A stretch of DNA of 64,000 nt from Myxococcota bacterium (GCA_965140415.1 OZ223209.1:3488001-3552000), one strand, 5' to 3'. Numbered from the stretch's first letter, positions 39,827 through 49,630 are shown. The notes: generated by a model from the sequence alone, not told the origin. Made by a program: numbers and translations.

Positions 39827-40588
39827 TTATGTCGCGATCTTTACAATCCAGTCTCGAATGGCATTAATCGCCTGTTCTCGATGTTCATCCTGTGAAAATC
39901 GATGATCGGCTTCATCCACCAGTAAAACTTCCGTTCTGCCAGGATGAGATATGGAAATCTGCTGCACCAGGTAGGGATCGATCAGTTCATCTTTCAATCC
40001 ATGCACGAAGAGAACGGGATTTTTAAACGAGGCCAATGCCCCGGGAATATTCTGCTTTTCTCCATCAGTAACGACATCGTAGGAAATCCGATGCCCCTCG
40101 AATTCAGACACTCCTGCGCGTTTCCATGCATCAAGCTGCTCGCTGGACATGCTTTCCCAGATCAAATCACTTTTCACTGCCGCCGCTAATAGTGCCAAAC
40201 CAAGGACGCGCTCCGGCATTTGCGCACCGACAAGTAACGACACGCCCGCTCCCATACTGGAACCTTCCAGCACAAAACGCTGCATTCCGCGCTGTTCAAG
40301 CATGCGAATCGCCGCTTGCAGGTCTTCGGCTCTCCCTCCGAACGTCATGACTTCCGGCGGTCCTTGAGATTCTCCTACTCCACTGAAATCAAAGCGAAAA
40401 GCAGGGAAACCCACTTCTGTCAGCTTTTCGCACAATGCCACATGCTTTTGGCTGTCTTTGCTGGAAAGCATGCCGTGGCTGAGTATTACCGCCACATCAC
40501 GCACCGGAGGACTGGGAAGATGTAAGATTCCGACCAGTTCCTGCCCTGATGGATTCTGAAAACGAATTCGTTCCGTGCTCGAAGTCAT
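39827..40588 (-). CDS. Alpha/beta hydrolase
   Basis: SHG, RFDFSG.GES.G, GSSMG nucleophile elbow, HG..DE, DH.F. Confidence 0.9.
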   Translation of the reverse strand: MTSSTERIRFQNPSGQELVGILHLPSPPVRDVAVILSHGMLSSKDSQKHVALCEKLTEVGFPAFRFDFSGVGESQGPPEVMTFGGRAEDLQAAIRMLEQRGMQRFVLEGSSMGAGVSLLVGAQMPERVLGLALLAAAVKSDLIWESMSSEQLDAWKRAGVSEFEGHRISYDVVTDGEKQNIPGALASFKNPVLFVHGLKDELIDPYLVQQISISHPGRTEVLLVDEADHRFSQDEHREQAINAIRDWIVKIAT

Positions 40589-40608
40589 TACTGCTTCCCG
40601 CTATTCAT

Positions 40609-42093
40609 CTATTGAGCCGACAATTGAATCTCATCCACCCCGATCGTATTTCCGCCGCTATGGGTGGATACGAAACGCACATATAAGATGTGAGCGCCTT
40701 CTTGCAAGCAAACAGGGATAAACCCCTTTAAACTCAAACGAGTCTGGTCATTTGGGTCCAATCCGACGATGTTCAGATCGATAACGGAATTCCCCGAGCC
40801 ATCTGCAAGTACAAGAGGCAGAGAGCGATCATCGATAAACAAGCTGACTTCTCCCCAGTCGGAGCCGCCAACCAAACGCAGGAGCAGCGTATAAGGCCAG
40901 GTGGCATCCACAGTGAAATCGAAAGCCAACTGCTGGCCGACTTCCGTTGCATCCAATCTCACATATTGCCCATCGGAAAACTCAGTATCGCTGGTATCGT
41001 AGATTTGCGCACCATCGCTGCTGGCCTCCGAGTTGAAAACACTTTCCGCCGACAGGGATTGATACTGGATGATCGGCTCTTCCGTTCCGCATGCACTGTC
41101 GACCTCAAGATCGCCGTCGACCGGAACATCCAAATCACCATCCACCTGATCGCCATCTACAACATCTCCATCCGACTGATCGCCGTCAGGTTGATCGCCA
41201 TCCGGCGGTTGTGAGTCGCCATCGACTTCCACATCGGCATCTGTATCGCCATCCACGTCACCATCGACCGGCAGATCTCCGTCAGTGGCATCTCCATCCA
41301 CATCGCCATCCGGAGCAACGACATCCCCCGGATTAAACACCGTATCCAGGTAGCGCAGTTGCACCCATGCCTCACCGCTGATCTCCTCACACCCCAACAG
41401 GAAATCTACCCTGCCAGACAATGTCACATTGGCCAGCTTGAACACGAAATCATGAGTCTTGCTTTCCGTTGAACTGAGCAATTCGGTCACACGAACCATG
41501 ATGGTCGGCAGATCTTCCGGCAAGTCGTGACGATAGTACAATACCCGCTGGCGATTCAATTGCTTAGCAAACCAGGGCTGGTAAATTACGTTGCCATTTT
41601 CTGGGTCGATCCCGGATTGCCCAAAAAGCTCGACTTTCGAATAGGTACGGCACTTATCAGTAACAGTAAACACCGCATTTAAATTCATCAAATCGAACTG
41701 TAAAACCGGAATATCGCTTTCATCATCGCAACTTACAGACAAAAGCCCCTGCTCTCCCCAGGATTTGTCGACACTCAGATCATACTGAAAGGCATCGCCT
41801 TCCGTCGGATGCAGCCTGACATCCAGATCGACCTCGCCTTCCGGCATACCGAACCAATCCTGTACAACCGGCTCCGATGAATCGAAGTTGGCCTGCAAGG
41901 TACGGTCATATGGCGGCTCTGCGGTGATGGTGTAATAGCTGAGTGACGAGCAGGAGTCATCACGAACGAAAGACATCTCGATATTGACATCCTCCGGTAC
42001 GACATCGAATGAAAGCTGGCAGCCCACCAGAAGAGGCAGCAACAGACAAGCCAGCAGGACGGTGATATAAGTACGATTCGTCATTTTCATCAC
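40609..42093 (-). CDS. Predicted lipoprotein with internal DGD-repeat linker and C-terminal galactose-binding-like (CBM-type) beta-sandwich
   Basis: Lipobox LVGC; about 12 DGD motifs in the middle; C-terminal AES...S.G....G....F.F.V....Y...G.H.L...G.D.I.L pattern. Confidence 0.72.
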   Translation of the reverse strand: MMKMTNRTYITVLLACLLLPLLVGCQLSFDVVPEDVNIEMSFVRDDSCSSLSYYTITAEPPYDRTLQANFDSSEPVVQDWFGMPEGEVDLDVRLHPTEGDAFQYDLSVDKSWGEQGLLSVSCDDESDIPVLQFDLMNLNAVFTVTDKCRTYSKVELFGQSGIDPENGNVIYQPWFAKQLNRQRVLYYRHDLPEDLPTIMVRVTELLSSTESKTHDFVFKLANVTLSGRVDFLLGCEEISGEAWVQLRYLDTVFNPGDVVAPDGDVDGDATDGDLPVDGDVDGDTDADVEVDGDSQPPDGDQPDGDQSDGDVVDGDQVDGDLDVPVDGDLEVDSACGTEEPIIQYQSLSAESVFNSEASSDGAQIYDTSDTEFSDGQYVRLDATEVGQQLAFDFTVDATWPYTLLLRLVGGSDWGEVSLFIDDRSLPLVLADGSGNSVIDLNIVGLDPNDQTRLSLKGFIPVCLQEGAHILYVRFVSTHSGGNTIGVDEIQLSAQ

Positions 42094-42099
42094 CCCTTC

Positions 42100-43011
42100 C
42101 TAATAGCTCACGCTGACGCTGGCGCCAGGTCGTCCGGGAATCGGTCCCGGGCCGAAGGTCACATAATCCGTCATCTGCTCTCCAACATTGAATCCATCCA
42201 GGAAAAAGAAAATTACAGAGATACCAGCCGCCGCACCGCCTGCATAGATCAAGGCGTTGCCCAAACGGTTCTGATCCTTGGCGTCGTTGTACAAATCCCG
42301 ATCGATAATGTACTGCTTGGCTTTTTCGTTGTAATCATCCACTTTCTGACTGGCCAGCACATCGAAAGTGATGCCCGTCGCGGCCAACCCCAATCCGACG
42401 ACCAGAGCGGTCCACTTGGTAATATCATAGGCCAAGATTTCATTGGTCCGAACTTCTTGAGGTTCACTCAACACCGGCACCGGCGCTTCGATAACACGTG
42501 GTCCAAGCAATAGCGCCGCCACGGCGTCTTTTATTTCGTCTTTTAGCTGGAAGCGATCGCCCTGTACGGTCAGCACCTTCTTTCGAAGTAACTCTTCCGT
42601 ATCGACCTGCCCCAGTGACACCGTAATGATGTACCCACCTTCGGTTTTCTGCACATTACCGGAAACCACCCATTTCAAGGCACAGCTTTCCGCTACGATC
42701 AGGTAGCAGTCCAGATCACCTTCGCACTGTTGTACATCTTCTTCACTGTTCTCGCCTTCGCTGAGTCGTTCGATATCCAGAACCGTAGCGGTATCATAAC
42801 CAGCAGCACGAGCGCCCTTTCTAGCCCAGTTATCCAATCGTTTTAAGATTCCATCCTGCAAATCCTTGCCGGAAAACGGAAAAACGGCAATCCGATCCGC
42901 AGCAGGCACACGCTCGGGATACTGTGGCTCGTCCTGCGCCCAAACCACCGATGAGAAACAAAATAGTAACAGGAGGACAGCAATAATCTGTCGCATCGAA
43001 AACACCTCCAA
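42100..43011 (-). CDS. Exported protein with CsgG/TolB-N-like domain, two Gly-rich hydrophobic helices and a terminal aromatic beta-strand
   Basis: Signal peptide VWA-Q, RIAVFP, C....DC, VSG.V; ends GASVSVSY. Confidence 0.65.
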   Translation of the reverse strand: MEVFSMRQIIAVLLLLFCFSSVVWAQDEPQYPERVPAADRIAVFPFSGKDLQDGILKRLDNWARKGARAAGYDTATVLDIERLSEGENSEEDVQQCEGDLDCYLIVAESCALKWVVSGNVQKTEGGYIITVSLGQVDTEELLRKKVLTVQGDRFQLKDEIKDAVAALLLGPRVIEAPVPVLSEPQEVRTNEILAYDITKWTALVVGLGLAATGITFDVLASQKVDDYNEKAKQYIIDRDLYNDAKDQNRLGNALIYAGGAAAGISVIFFFLDGFNVGEQMTDYVTFGPGPIPGRPGASVSVSY

Positions 43012-43040
43012 ATGCAGATCGCTTTAAACAATCCCGCTAG

Positions 43041-44750
43041 TTACAAACGAACGAACATTCCTTTGATCCTGAAATTCGGATTGACACCTTCTGCCCAGGC
43101 CACGAAATAGAGATTCCCTTCAACATGCACGATACTCGGCTGATATGGGGGAACATCTGCTGTATTAAGCTGCCTTGCGGAGCCTCTTGCTGCGAAGGAC
43201 GTACCATCGTAATCGAAGCCCTGCACCAGCAAATTGTTGCGCAACCCGGAAATCTGACGGAACCAGGCCACCGCTCCTCCGCCCGGACCCGCTGCCACTG
43301 CCGGTGTATGCTCCATACCCAGCGTAGTGCCAAAGGTTAACGCCGGACCATCGGCATTCGCGTAATTCTGGGCATCTTTCACTTTGACATCGAATCGGGA
43401 GCCACTGATTGCGGTAAAAGCCAGATAGGCGTGATCCGCTTGTGGAGAATAGCCGGAAAGTGCCGGATTTCCTGCCTCTTGATTGGCCAAAGCCTCCACG
43501 GGAGGAACCGGAAAAGCTGTTGACGAATCGGAAGCCACTTCCCCGTGAGCAACGGTATCCGCCCCTTCATCCGGACTCCAAGTGTGCGCAAATAAAAGAG
43601 TATCGTTTGCCGCGCTTCCAGCAGCCGGATAAACTTGAGTTGTCGTTTCCTGGTACACTTCAACGATGTTACCGGAAAGTTGACCTTCGGCGTTCACACG
43701 TTGCAAGAAAGTCTGCCAGCGGTCCATCACATCCGATGCGAAAGCACCAACAATGGCGAAACCATTACTGGTTGCAGCAGCTTGCGCCATCCAGGCATTG
43801 ACATCGATCACACCATCTCCACGAGAGAGATTCAATTGAACCGCGGAAGATTCCAAGCGTGTTCCGGTGGACGAAATCGTATTGTAGAAGATATTGAGGT
43901 TACGCGATCCGCTGCCGTTATCCTGTTGCCAGGCTACCAGCACACGCCCCGGCTCATGAAGAGCAGCAATCGAAGGATCGGTTTCGTTGTATTCACTCAC
44001 ACCGACCGCAAAAGGATCGACTGCACTGGAGCCATCGCAGTTGATACGCAGCGCATAGACATCGAATTTGTTATAGTCATCCGGTAGGTTGTAGGTCACC
44101 CAAACCGCTTCGCCATCGAATGTAGCCTGTGGGTGAATTTGGGTGTTCGGACCAAGCGGATCCAGATCGAACACAACATCGGTGACGAGCGCAGTAGCGC
44201 AGGGAGAAACCGAACCTTCGCCATCAATCAGATCCATATCAGAGTCACCGTCCACTGACGAATCACCGTCCACGGAAGAGTCGCCGTCTACAGGCGAGTC
44301 ACCATCTACGAACGAGTCACCATCTACGGACGAGTCACCATCTACGGACGAGTCACCGTCCACTGACGAGTCACCGTCCACTGACGAGTCACCGTCCACT
44401 GACGAGTCACCGTCCACTGACGAATCTCCATCCACAGGCGAGTCACCATCTACGGACGAATCACCATCCACTGACGAATCACCATCCACAGGCGAATCTC
44501 CGTCTACAGGCGAGTCACCATCCACTGACGAATCACCATCCACAGGCGAATCTCCGTCTACAGGCGAGTCACCATCTACGGACGAATCTCCATCCACAGG
44601 CGAATCTCCATCCACTGACGAGTCGCCGTCGATAATGGAATCGCTGTCGCCATCTTCGTTGGAGTCATCGGAATCGCAACCCCATAGCAATAGCGAACAT
44701 GAAATCAGCAGCAGCAAATACGCTAACGTGTTGTAAAGAATTCTGTTCAT
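43041..44750 (-). CDS. Predicted lipoprotein with 22x VDGDS[S/P] tandem repeat and C-terminal beta-propeller-like domain
   Basis: Lipobox LWGC; repeat tract; about six blade-like motifs (QIHPQATF, ETDPSIAA, QVYPAAG, AGNPALS, EHTPAVAA, YQPSIV). Start MNRIL at 44750 chosen; ORF extends to 44816. Confidence 0.78.
   Translation of the reverse strand: MNRILYNTLAYLLLLISCSLLLWGCDSDDSNEDGDSDSIIDGDSSVDGDSPVDGDSSVDGDSPVDGDSPVDGDSSVDGDSPVDGDSPVDGDSSVDGDSSVDGDSPVDGDSSVDGDSSVDGDSSVDGDSSVDGDSSVDGDSSVDGDSFVDGDSPVDGDSSVDGDSSVDGDSDMDLIDGEGSVSPCATALVTDVVFDLDPLGPNTQIHPQATFDGEAVWVTYNLPDDYNKFDVYALRINCDGSSAVDPFAVGVSEYNETDPSIAALHEPGRVLVAWQQDNGSGSRNLNIFYNTISSTGTRLESSAVQLNLSRGDGVIDVNAWMAQAAATSNGFAIVGAFASDVMDRWQTFLQRVNAEGQLSGNIVEVYQETTTQVYPAAGSAANDTLLFAHTWSPDEGADTVAHGEVASDSSTAFPVPPVEALANQEAGNPALSGYSPQADHAYLAFTAISGSRFDVKVKDAQNYANADGPALTFGTTLGMEHTPAVAAGPGGGAVAWFRQISGLRNNLLVQGFDYDGTSFAARGSARQLNTADVPPYQPSIVHVEGNLYFVAWAEGVNPNFRIKGMFVRL
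44238..44633. repeat. Coding tandem repeat, 22 units of 18 bp
   Basis: 396 bp of degenerate units (e.g. TGACGAGTCACCGTCCAC on the plus strand) encoding VDGDS[S/P/F/D] on the minus strand. Confidence 0.97.
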
Positions 44751-44987
44751 CGTTCGTGCTTCCAGCTTAAAAGAAAGTAATCGTTGCCTATCATACCTCA
44801 TCTGCTTCTTTCTCATCGAAACATTTTCAAAAAGATGAAAGTTGCAACCGTGTATGATATGCTTCCCGAGCGGACACAGGAATAGTTGTATCTAGCAAAT
44901 AATCCCGTCCTTGCCAAGCGTTTTGGAATAGGTCCGCAGCCCCTTATGAAAGCTTCAGGGACGGATAATGAGGAAGAAGGAAGCGGA

Positions 44988-46394
44988 ATGCGCAAAACGA
45001 AAATCGTTTGCACACTAGGACCGGCGACTGCCGGAGTCGCGAAGTTGGAAGAATTGATCCGTGCGGGCCTCGATGCCGCAAGACTGAATTTTTCTCACGG
45101 CTCCCACGAAGACCATCGACAGATGGTACTGGATTTACGCGAAGCGGCAAAACGAGTGGGCCGCCCCGTAGCATTACTGGGCGATCTATGCGGTCCCAAG
45201 ATCCGAATCGGAAAGATGCCGGATGGGGGAATGCCCATAGAACCGGGAGAGACTCTCCGCCTGCGCGAAAGTGGAGAGGCATCACAAGGCATCATCACGC
45301 ACTCCTACCCTTCTCTAGCACGCGATGTGCGCAAAGGAGAACCGATTCTAATCGATGACGGCCTGATCCGCCTGCAAGTGGAAGCGACGGAAGGAGAAGA
45401 TGTTCTCTGCTCGGTCAAAATCGGCGGTGTGCTTAAAGATCACAAGGGGATGAACCTGCCGAAATCGCGCCTTTCGGTTCCGGCGCTGACAGAAAAAGAC
45501 AAGCAGGACGTTCTTTTCGCCCGCGAAATCGAAGTTGACTATCTCGCCCTGTCCTTCGTTCGTCAGGCAGAAGACATTCAGGAATTAAACGAACTGGCTC
45601 CCGGCATTCCGGTAATCGCTAAAATCGAAAAACCGGAAGCGGTGGAAAATCTGGAAAGCATTCTGGATGCCGCAGATGGACTGATGGTGGCACGTGGCGA
45701 TCTGGGTGTGGAACTTGGCCATGAAAAAGTACCGCTAGTACAAAAGCGCATCATTAGCGCCATCCGTTCCACCGCCAAACCGGTCATTACCGCTACCCAG
45801 ATGCTGGAGTCCATGATACAAAATGCAACCCCGACGCGCGCCGAAGTGTCCGATGTTGCCAACGCCGTGTTGGACGGCACCGACGCCGTGATGCTTTCCG
45901 GGGAAACTTCGATCGGTCGCTACCCTGTCCAAACCGTTCAGATCATGGCATCGATCATTGATGAAATCGAATCCAGCGCTCGCTATTTCAGACCGAACAA
46001 CGGAAACGACCTGGTTTTACAGGACCGTTCCTTTTCCAGCATGATCGCCAAAGCAGCCACCAGCGCAGTCAATGAGTTCAAACTGGCTGCCATGGCCGTT
46101 TACACGCAATCGGGACGTACCGCAGCGTTGGTCAGTGCGGCCAGACCGCAAGCCAACCTGATCGCCTTTTCACCCGATCCGGTAGCATTGAACCGACTGT
46201 CACTATTCTGGGGAGTTTGTCCTTTATACGGAAAATGGGCCAACGACACCCAGTCGGTGGTCGAACAAGCCGAAAAAGGACTACTTCAACAAGGTCTGGT
46301 TTCCAGTGGTCAAAATATTGCCATTACGTTCGGACTGGTGCTGGATGAAGAACCCTTCCAGACCAACGTACTCAAACTCTGGAAAGTGCGTTAA
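44988..46394 (+). CDS. pyk: Pyruvate kinase
   Basis: RKTKIVCTLGPA, RLNFSHG, GPKIR, IAKIE, MVARGDLGVE, ATQMLESM, PTRAEVSDVANAVLDGTDAVMLSGET. Confidence 0.97.
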   Translation: MRKTKIVCTLGPATAGVAKLEELIRAGLDAARLNFSHGSHEDHRQMVLDLREAAKRVGRPVALLGDLCGPKIRIGKMPDGGMPIEPGETLRLRESGEASQGIITHSYPSLARDVRKGEPILIDDGLIRLQVEATEGEDVLCSVKIGGVLKDHKGMNLPKSRLSVPALTEKDKQDVLFAREIEVDYLALSFVRQAEDIQELNELAPGIPVIAKIEKPEAVENLESILDAADGLMVARGDLGVELGHEKVPLVQKRIISAIRSTAKPVITATQMLESMIQNATPTRAEVSDVANAVLDGTDAVMLSGETSIGRYPVQTVQIMASIIDEIESSARYFRPNNGNDLVLQDRSFSSMIAKAATSAVNEFKLAAMAVYTQSGRTAALVSAARPQANLIAFSPDPVALNRLSLFWGVCPLYGKWANDTQSVVEQAEKGLLQQGLVSSGQNIAITFGLVLDEEPFQTNVLKLWKVR

Positions 46395-47323
46395 AACCCG
46401 GAGGCGGAAACCACCCTGAACGTCCAATCGTGATACTCGCCGACGCGCCCGTCGTCGGTCTTGAACGCCCATTGAAAAACGAGGTCATCCCCTGCGGAGG
46501 TGCCCTCCCCGCTGAATGTAGCACTGAACACAAATAACCCACTCTCGGCAACCGCCTGCAACTCCTTGTAGGCGTCATTGCCGGGACTGGTAAAGATCAC
46601 GGTCGAAACCTGTTCTTCATCACGGAAGTCCAATTCCAAGTTTAGCGTCATGGATGCCCCCGGCGCGACTTCCTCCAGCGCCGTCAAGTTCTCCACCTGC
46701 GGGAAAAAGGTTCCAGCCTGTCCTATCGGTCTCCCGGTTTTGACTTCGCTTTCTCCAAGCAGGGAAAGCAGCTTGATGTCATCCAGCACCAGCAACGGTT
46801 CCTGATCCAGTATCGACAGGACAAACTCGTAATAATTTCCAACCAATCCGCTTTCGGTCTGCAAGGCCATGCGAACATTGAATTCCTGGGCTTTCAATTG
46901 CAGATCCGCCTGTAATTCACCAGGCAAGCGAATCACACCGTTTTCCAATGTGGCCTCAATCAGCACATACCCATCGGCATTCTCGATCTGCATGATGACC
47001 TGAGTCACCAACTCCGGATCGGCGAATTCGCTTTCAACAAAAAGAACAAACGGCGAACCAATCTGGACCAAGGTTCCCTGAACGCTTTCGATCTGCGGAG
47101 CTTCAGGATTTTCGCTCTCGGGCGGCGGGTCTCCTTCTTCGTAGGTCGAATCGTCGAAATCCATCGAATCGGTCAGGCGATCCGCCAGTTCCCGAGCGAT
47201 TTTATCCGCTTCGGATTCACCGGAACACGCCATCAATGTAGTGATTGATGCAATAATTAATAATGCGATCAGAAGGCTAGAACTCAGCTTTTTCGCCGTT
47301 TCCATTTTTCCGATATCTTTCAT
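46391..47323 (-). CDS. Predicted acidic lipoprotein with two similar Ig-like beta domains
   Basis: Lipobox LMAC; internal duplication (PQIE.. / PQVE..; G.VGNY.EF.L / G.VGEY.DW.F); start at 47323 with AAAGGGG RBS. Confidence 0.7.
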   Translation of the reverse strand: MKDIGKMETAKKLSSSLLIALLIIASITTLMACSGESEADKIARELADRLTDSMDFDDSTYEEGDPPPESENPEAPQIESVQGTLVQIGSPFVLFVESEFADPELVTQVIMQIENADGYVLIEATLENGVIRLPGELQADLQLKAQEFNVRMALQTESGLVGNYYEFVLSILDQEPLLVLDDIKLLSLLGESEVKTGRPIGQAGTFFPQVENLTALEEVAPGASMTLNLELDFRDEEQVSTVIFTSPGNDAYKELQAVAESGLFVFSATFSGEGTSAGDDLVFQWAFKTDDGRVGEYHDWTFRVVSASGF

Positions 47324-47426
47324 GTTTATCGCCCCTTTTAACACTCCTCTTTTCACTAGATTAGCCGATCCACAGCCAAAACGCAATCATGGCAATTCTG
47401 GTAAATTCAACAAACATCAGCTCTCC

Positions 47427-47456
47427 TTGACCGCATGACCCCGCCAGTGCTAGCAT
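47427..47456 (+). promoter_or_regulatory. Putative sigma70 promoter with extended -10
   Basis: TTGACC-N18-TAGCAT with TGn immediately before the -10. Confidence 0.45.
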
Positions 47457-47490
47457 AGCCGTGCGAATTGCTCTGAAATGGAATATAGGA

Positions 47491-48897
47491 ATGACCCAAT
47501 CGATTCTGATGATCAACCCGCCGGTTCAGGCGGTTTCCACCTGGCAGATGTACAACTACGCCGAGCCGTATCCCTACGGTCTGTTGAAACTTGCCTCCGT
47601 TCTGCGCAAACAAGGCCATCGGCTGAAGTTGATCGACATGATGGTCTACGATCATCTTGAGAAGCGGAACATGGCCGACTGGCCACACAATGCGAAACAA
47701 CTTTCGACGAAACGCGCAGGAAGCGCTTCCGTTAATGATGTTCTGCGCCCGGCCTATCTGCTCGGTCAAAATATGGAGTGGCTGAAAGCGCGTTTACAGG
47801 AAATCGAGCGACCGGATGAAGTATGGGTCACGGCCTGCTTGACCTTCGATTTTGAAACCGCCCACGACGTTATTAAAACCGTGAAAGCGGTTTTCCCCGG
47901 AGTGTTCGTGCGGCTGGGTGGGAACTATCCGTCGCTATTGCCGGAACATGCCGCGACCAGCGGCGCAGATGCCGTGGAAGTCGGCATGAACGAAGCGGCG
48001 GAATGGGAATTCGGCGATTTGACGTTATTCGATGAAACACCGCCTGTCGGATTGTTCAATCTGGCAACCGGCTGTTCGAACAAATGTACCTTTTGTGTCA
48101 ACCATCGTTATCGTCCCGTATTGCGCCACGAACCGAAAAAGCTTGCCTATTACATCCTGAAAACCTCGCGCGAACTGGGTATCCGCCACTTCAGCAACTG
48201 GGATCCCAACGTTATGTTATTTCCAAAGGCATTGGAGGAATTCCTGGATCTGATGGCCCGCGCCAAGACTGGCATTACCATGGCATTCAACATGGGGATT
48301 CAACCCAATCTATTGAGTCGTCGCATCGCGGAAAAGATGCTGAAAGCCGGTGTCACACAGTTGACGATTCCCTTTGAAACCAGTGATCCGGACATGCTCG
48401 TTCGTTATAAAAAGCCCTACCCAATCCACATCCCGATTGAGAAAATGCAGATGATCCGGGAAATCGGTTTTCAGGTCGGGCGTTTTCACTCGACGGCGGT
48501 ATTCGGCTATGCCGATGAGCGCATCCGGTATCTTTTCCGAACATACTGCTACATGGTGCTTTTTGGTGCACAACCGGACTTCTTTCCACTCACCCCCACA
48601 CCAACCTCCGTGGCCTTTGAAAGCTACCTTGAAGCATTCGGTGACAAACCGTATGATGAACTGAACGGCTACCTGTTCCCATTGCAACCCAGCAAGGAAC
48701 GAGTGGAATTGTACGAACAGTTGATTGAACTTTTGAACCAGCATTACATTGACCGAGCCATTCCACTGGCCAAACGTTTACCGGAAGATCTGCAACGCGC
48801 ATTCTTCGAGGAACTGGATTTCGTCGAATCGGAATTGACAAAGCGGGGAGTCGATCTCATTACCAGCAAACCGGCAGACGCACCTATCGCACCGTAG
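47491..48897 (+). CDS. B12-binding domain radical SAM protein
   Basis: INPP...PYGLLKLASVLR..GH...ID, LGG.YPSL.PEH, GCSNKCTFC; ATG 47491 after AGGA. Confidence 0.85.
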   Translation: MTQSILMINPPVQAVSTWQMYNYAEPYPYGLLKLASVLRKQGHRLKLIDMMVYDHLEKRNMADWPHNAKQLSTKRAGSASVNDVLRPAYLLGQNMEWLKARLQEIERPDEVWVTACLTFDFETAHDVIKTVKAVFPGVFVRLGGNYPSLLPEHAATSGADAVEVGMNEAAEWEFGDLTLFDETPPVGLFNLATGCSNKCTFCVNHRYRPVLRHEPKKLAYYILKTSRELGIRHFSNWDPNVMLFPKALEEFLDLMARAKTGITMAFNMGIQPNLLSRRIAEKMLKAGVTQLTIPFETSDPDMLVRYKKPYPIHIPIEKMQMIREIGFQVGRFHSTAVFGYADERIRYLFRTYCYMVLFGAQPDFFPLTPTPTSVAFESYLEAFGDKPYDELNGYLFPLQPSKERVELYEQLIELLNQHYIDRAIPLAKRLPEDLQRAFFEELDFVESELTKRGVDLITSKPADAPIAP

Positions 48898-48926
48898 AAA
48901 ACAGCATTTCCATCGCATAAAACGAA

Positions 48927-48957
48927 TCAGGCACCTACAGAAGATGTAAGTGCCTGA
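48927..48957. terminator. Hairpin between the convergent radical SAM gene and tRNA-Leu (probable bidirectional terminator)
   Basis: TCAGGCAC...GTGCCTGA inverted repeat with inner TACA/TGTA pairing. Confidence 0.6.
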
Positions 48958-48967
48958 CTTATAGTTA

Positions 48968-49052
48968 TGGTGCCCAAGGCCGGACTCGAACCGGCACGCC
49001 TTTCGACACTACCCCCTCAAGATAGCGTGTCTACCAGTTCCACCACTTGGGC
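48968..49052 (-). tRNA. tRNA-Leu(GAG)
   Basis: 85 nt cloverleaf GCCCAAG...CTTGGGC-A-CCA; anticodon arm CTATC-TTGAGGG-GGTAG; long variable arm; GGTTCGAGTCC T-loop; canonical position after secG. Confidence 0.97.
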
Positions 49053-49135
49053 ATCCAATCTTGAAAAGAACCGACGCCGCTCCTTCTACAGGTACCAGCG
49101 TGTTTTCGTCAAGGAAATTCGAGAATCGCAGCCGA

Positions 49136-49630
49136 TTATTCAGCGGCCTTTTCAGCGGGAGCTTCCTCGGCCTTGGGTGCGACGTCTTTCGGATCGACTT
49201 TCTCGACCGTAATTCCGGGAACCGGATTTCCGTCTTTATCCTGAATCACGATCTTGGGAGCCGCGCCATCCGCCGGAGCCGCCGCTTCAGGGGCTTGCGC
49301 TGCCGGAGCACTCTCTTCAGCAGGTTGCGCTTCCATTGCCGGGACAGCTTCTTCCTGCACAGGGGCCGGTGCTTCCAATTCCACATCGTCTACCAGAGAA
49401 CTGGTGGAACTCGCCATATAGGCCAGCGTCATCGAAGTCAGCATGAAGACAGTCGCTGCCGTCGCCGTCAGTTTGCCCATGAAACTCATCCCACTGCCGC
49501 CGCCGAACGTCGTCTGGCTGCTGCCGCCGAAAGCGGCACCCATGCCCGCGCCTTTACCGGACTGCAACAGCACGACCAGAATCATGAACAGCGCTGCAAG
49601 AATGTGGACGATTGAAATGAAAAGTGTCAT
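49136..49630 (-). CDS. secG: Preprotein translocase subunit SecG with long Ala/Pro/Glu-rich C-terminal tail
   Basis: VVLLQSGKGAGMGAAFGG.SQT.FG, KLT; GGAGG RBS. Confidence 0.93.
   Translation of the reverse strand: MTLFISIVHILAALFMILVVLLQSGKGAGMGAAFGGSSQTTFGGGSGMSFMGKLTATAATVFMLTSMTLAYMASSTSSLVDDVELEAPAPVQEEAVPAMEAQPAEESAPAAQAPEAAAPADGAAPKIVIQDKDGNPVPGITVEKVDPKDVAPKAEEAPAEKAAE

Noticed and set aside
44238-44633. CRISPR array
   Set aside because: Units are contiguous 18-mers with no unique spacers, vary at wobble positions in frame, and no cas genes are present.
44143-44736. Plus-strand ORF with ESPST[D/G] repeats
   Set aside because: Antisense shadow of the VDGDS repeat; the minus-strand frame has the lipobox and a folded domain.
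48968-49052. tRNA-Leu as an island integration site
   Set aside because: No integrase and no duplicated tRNA 3' end noticed in the window.
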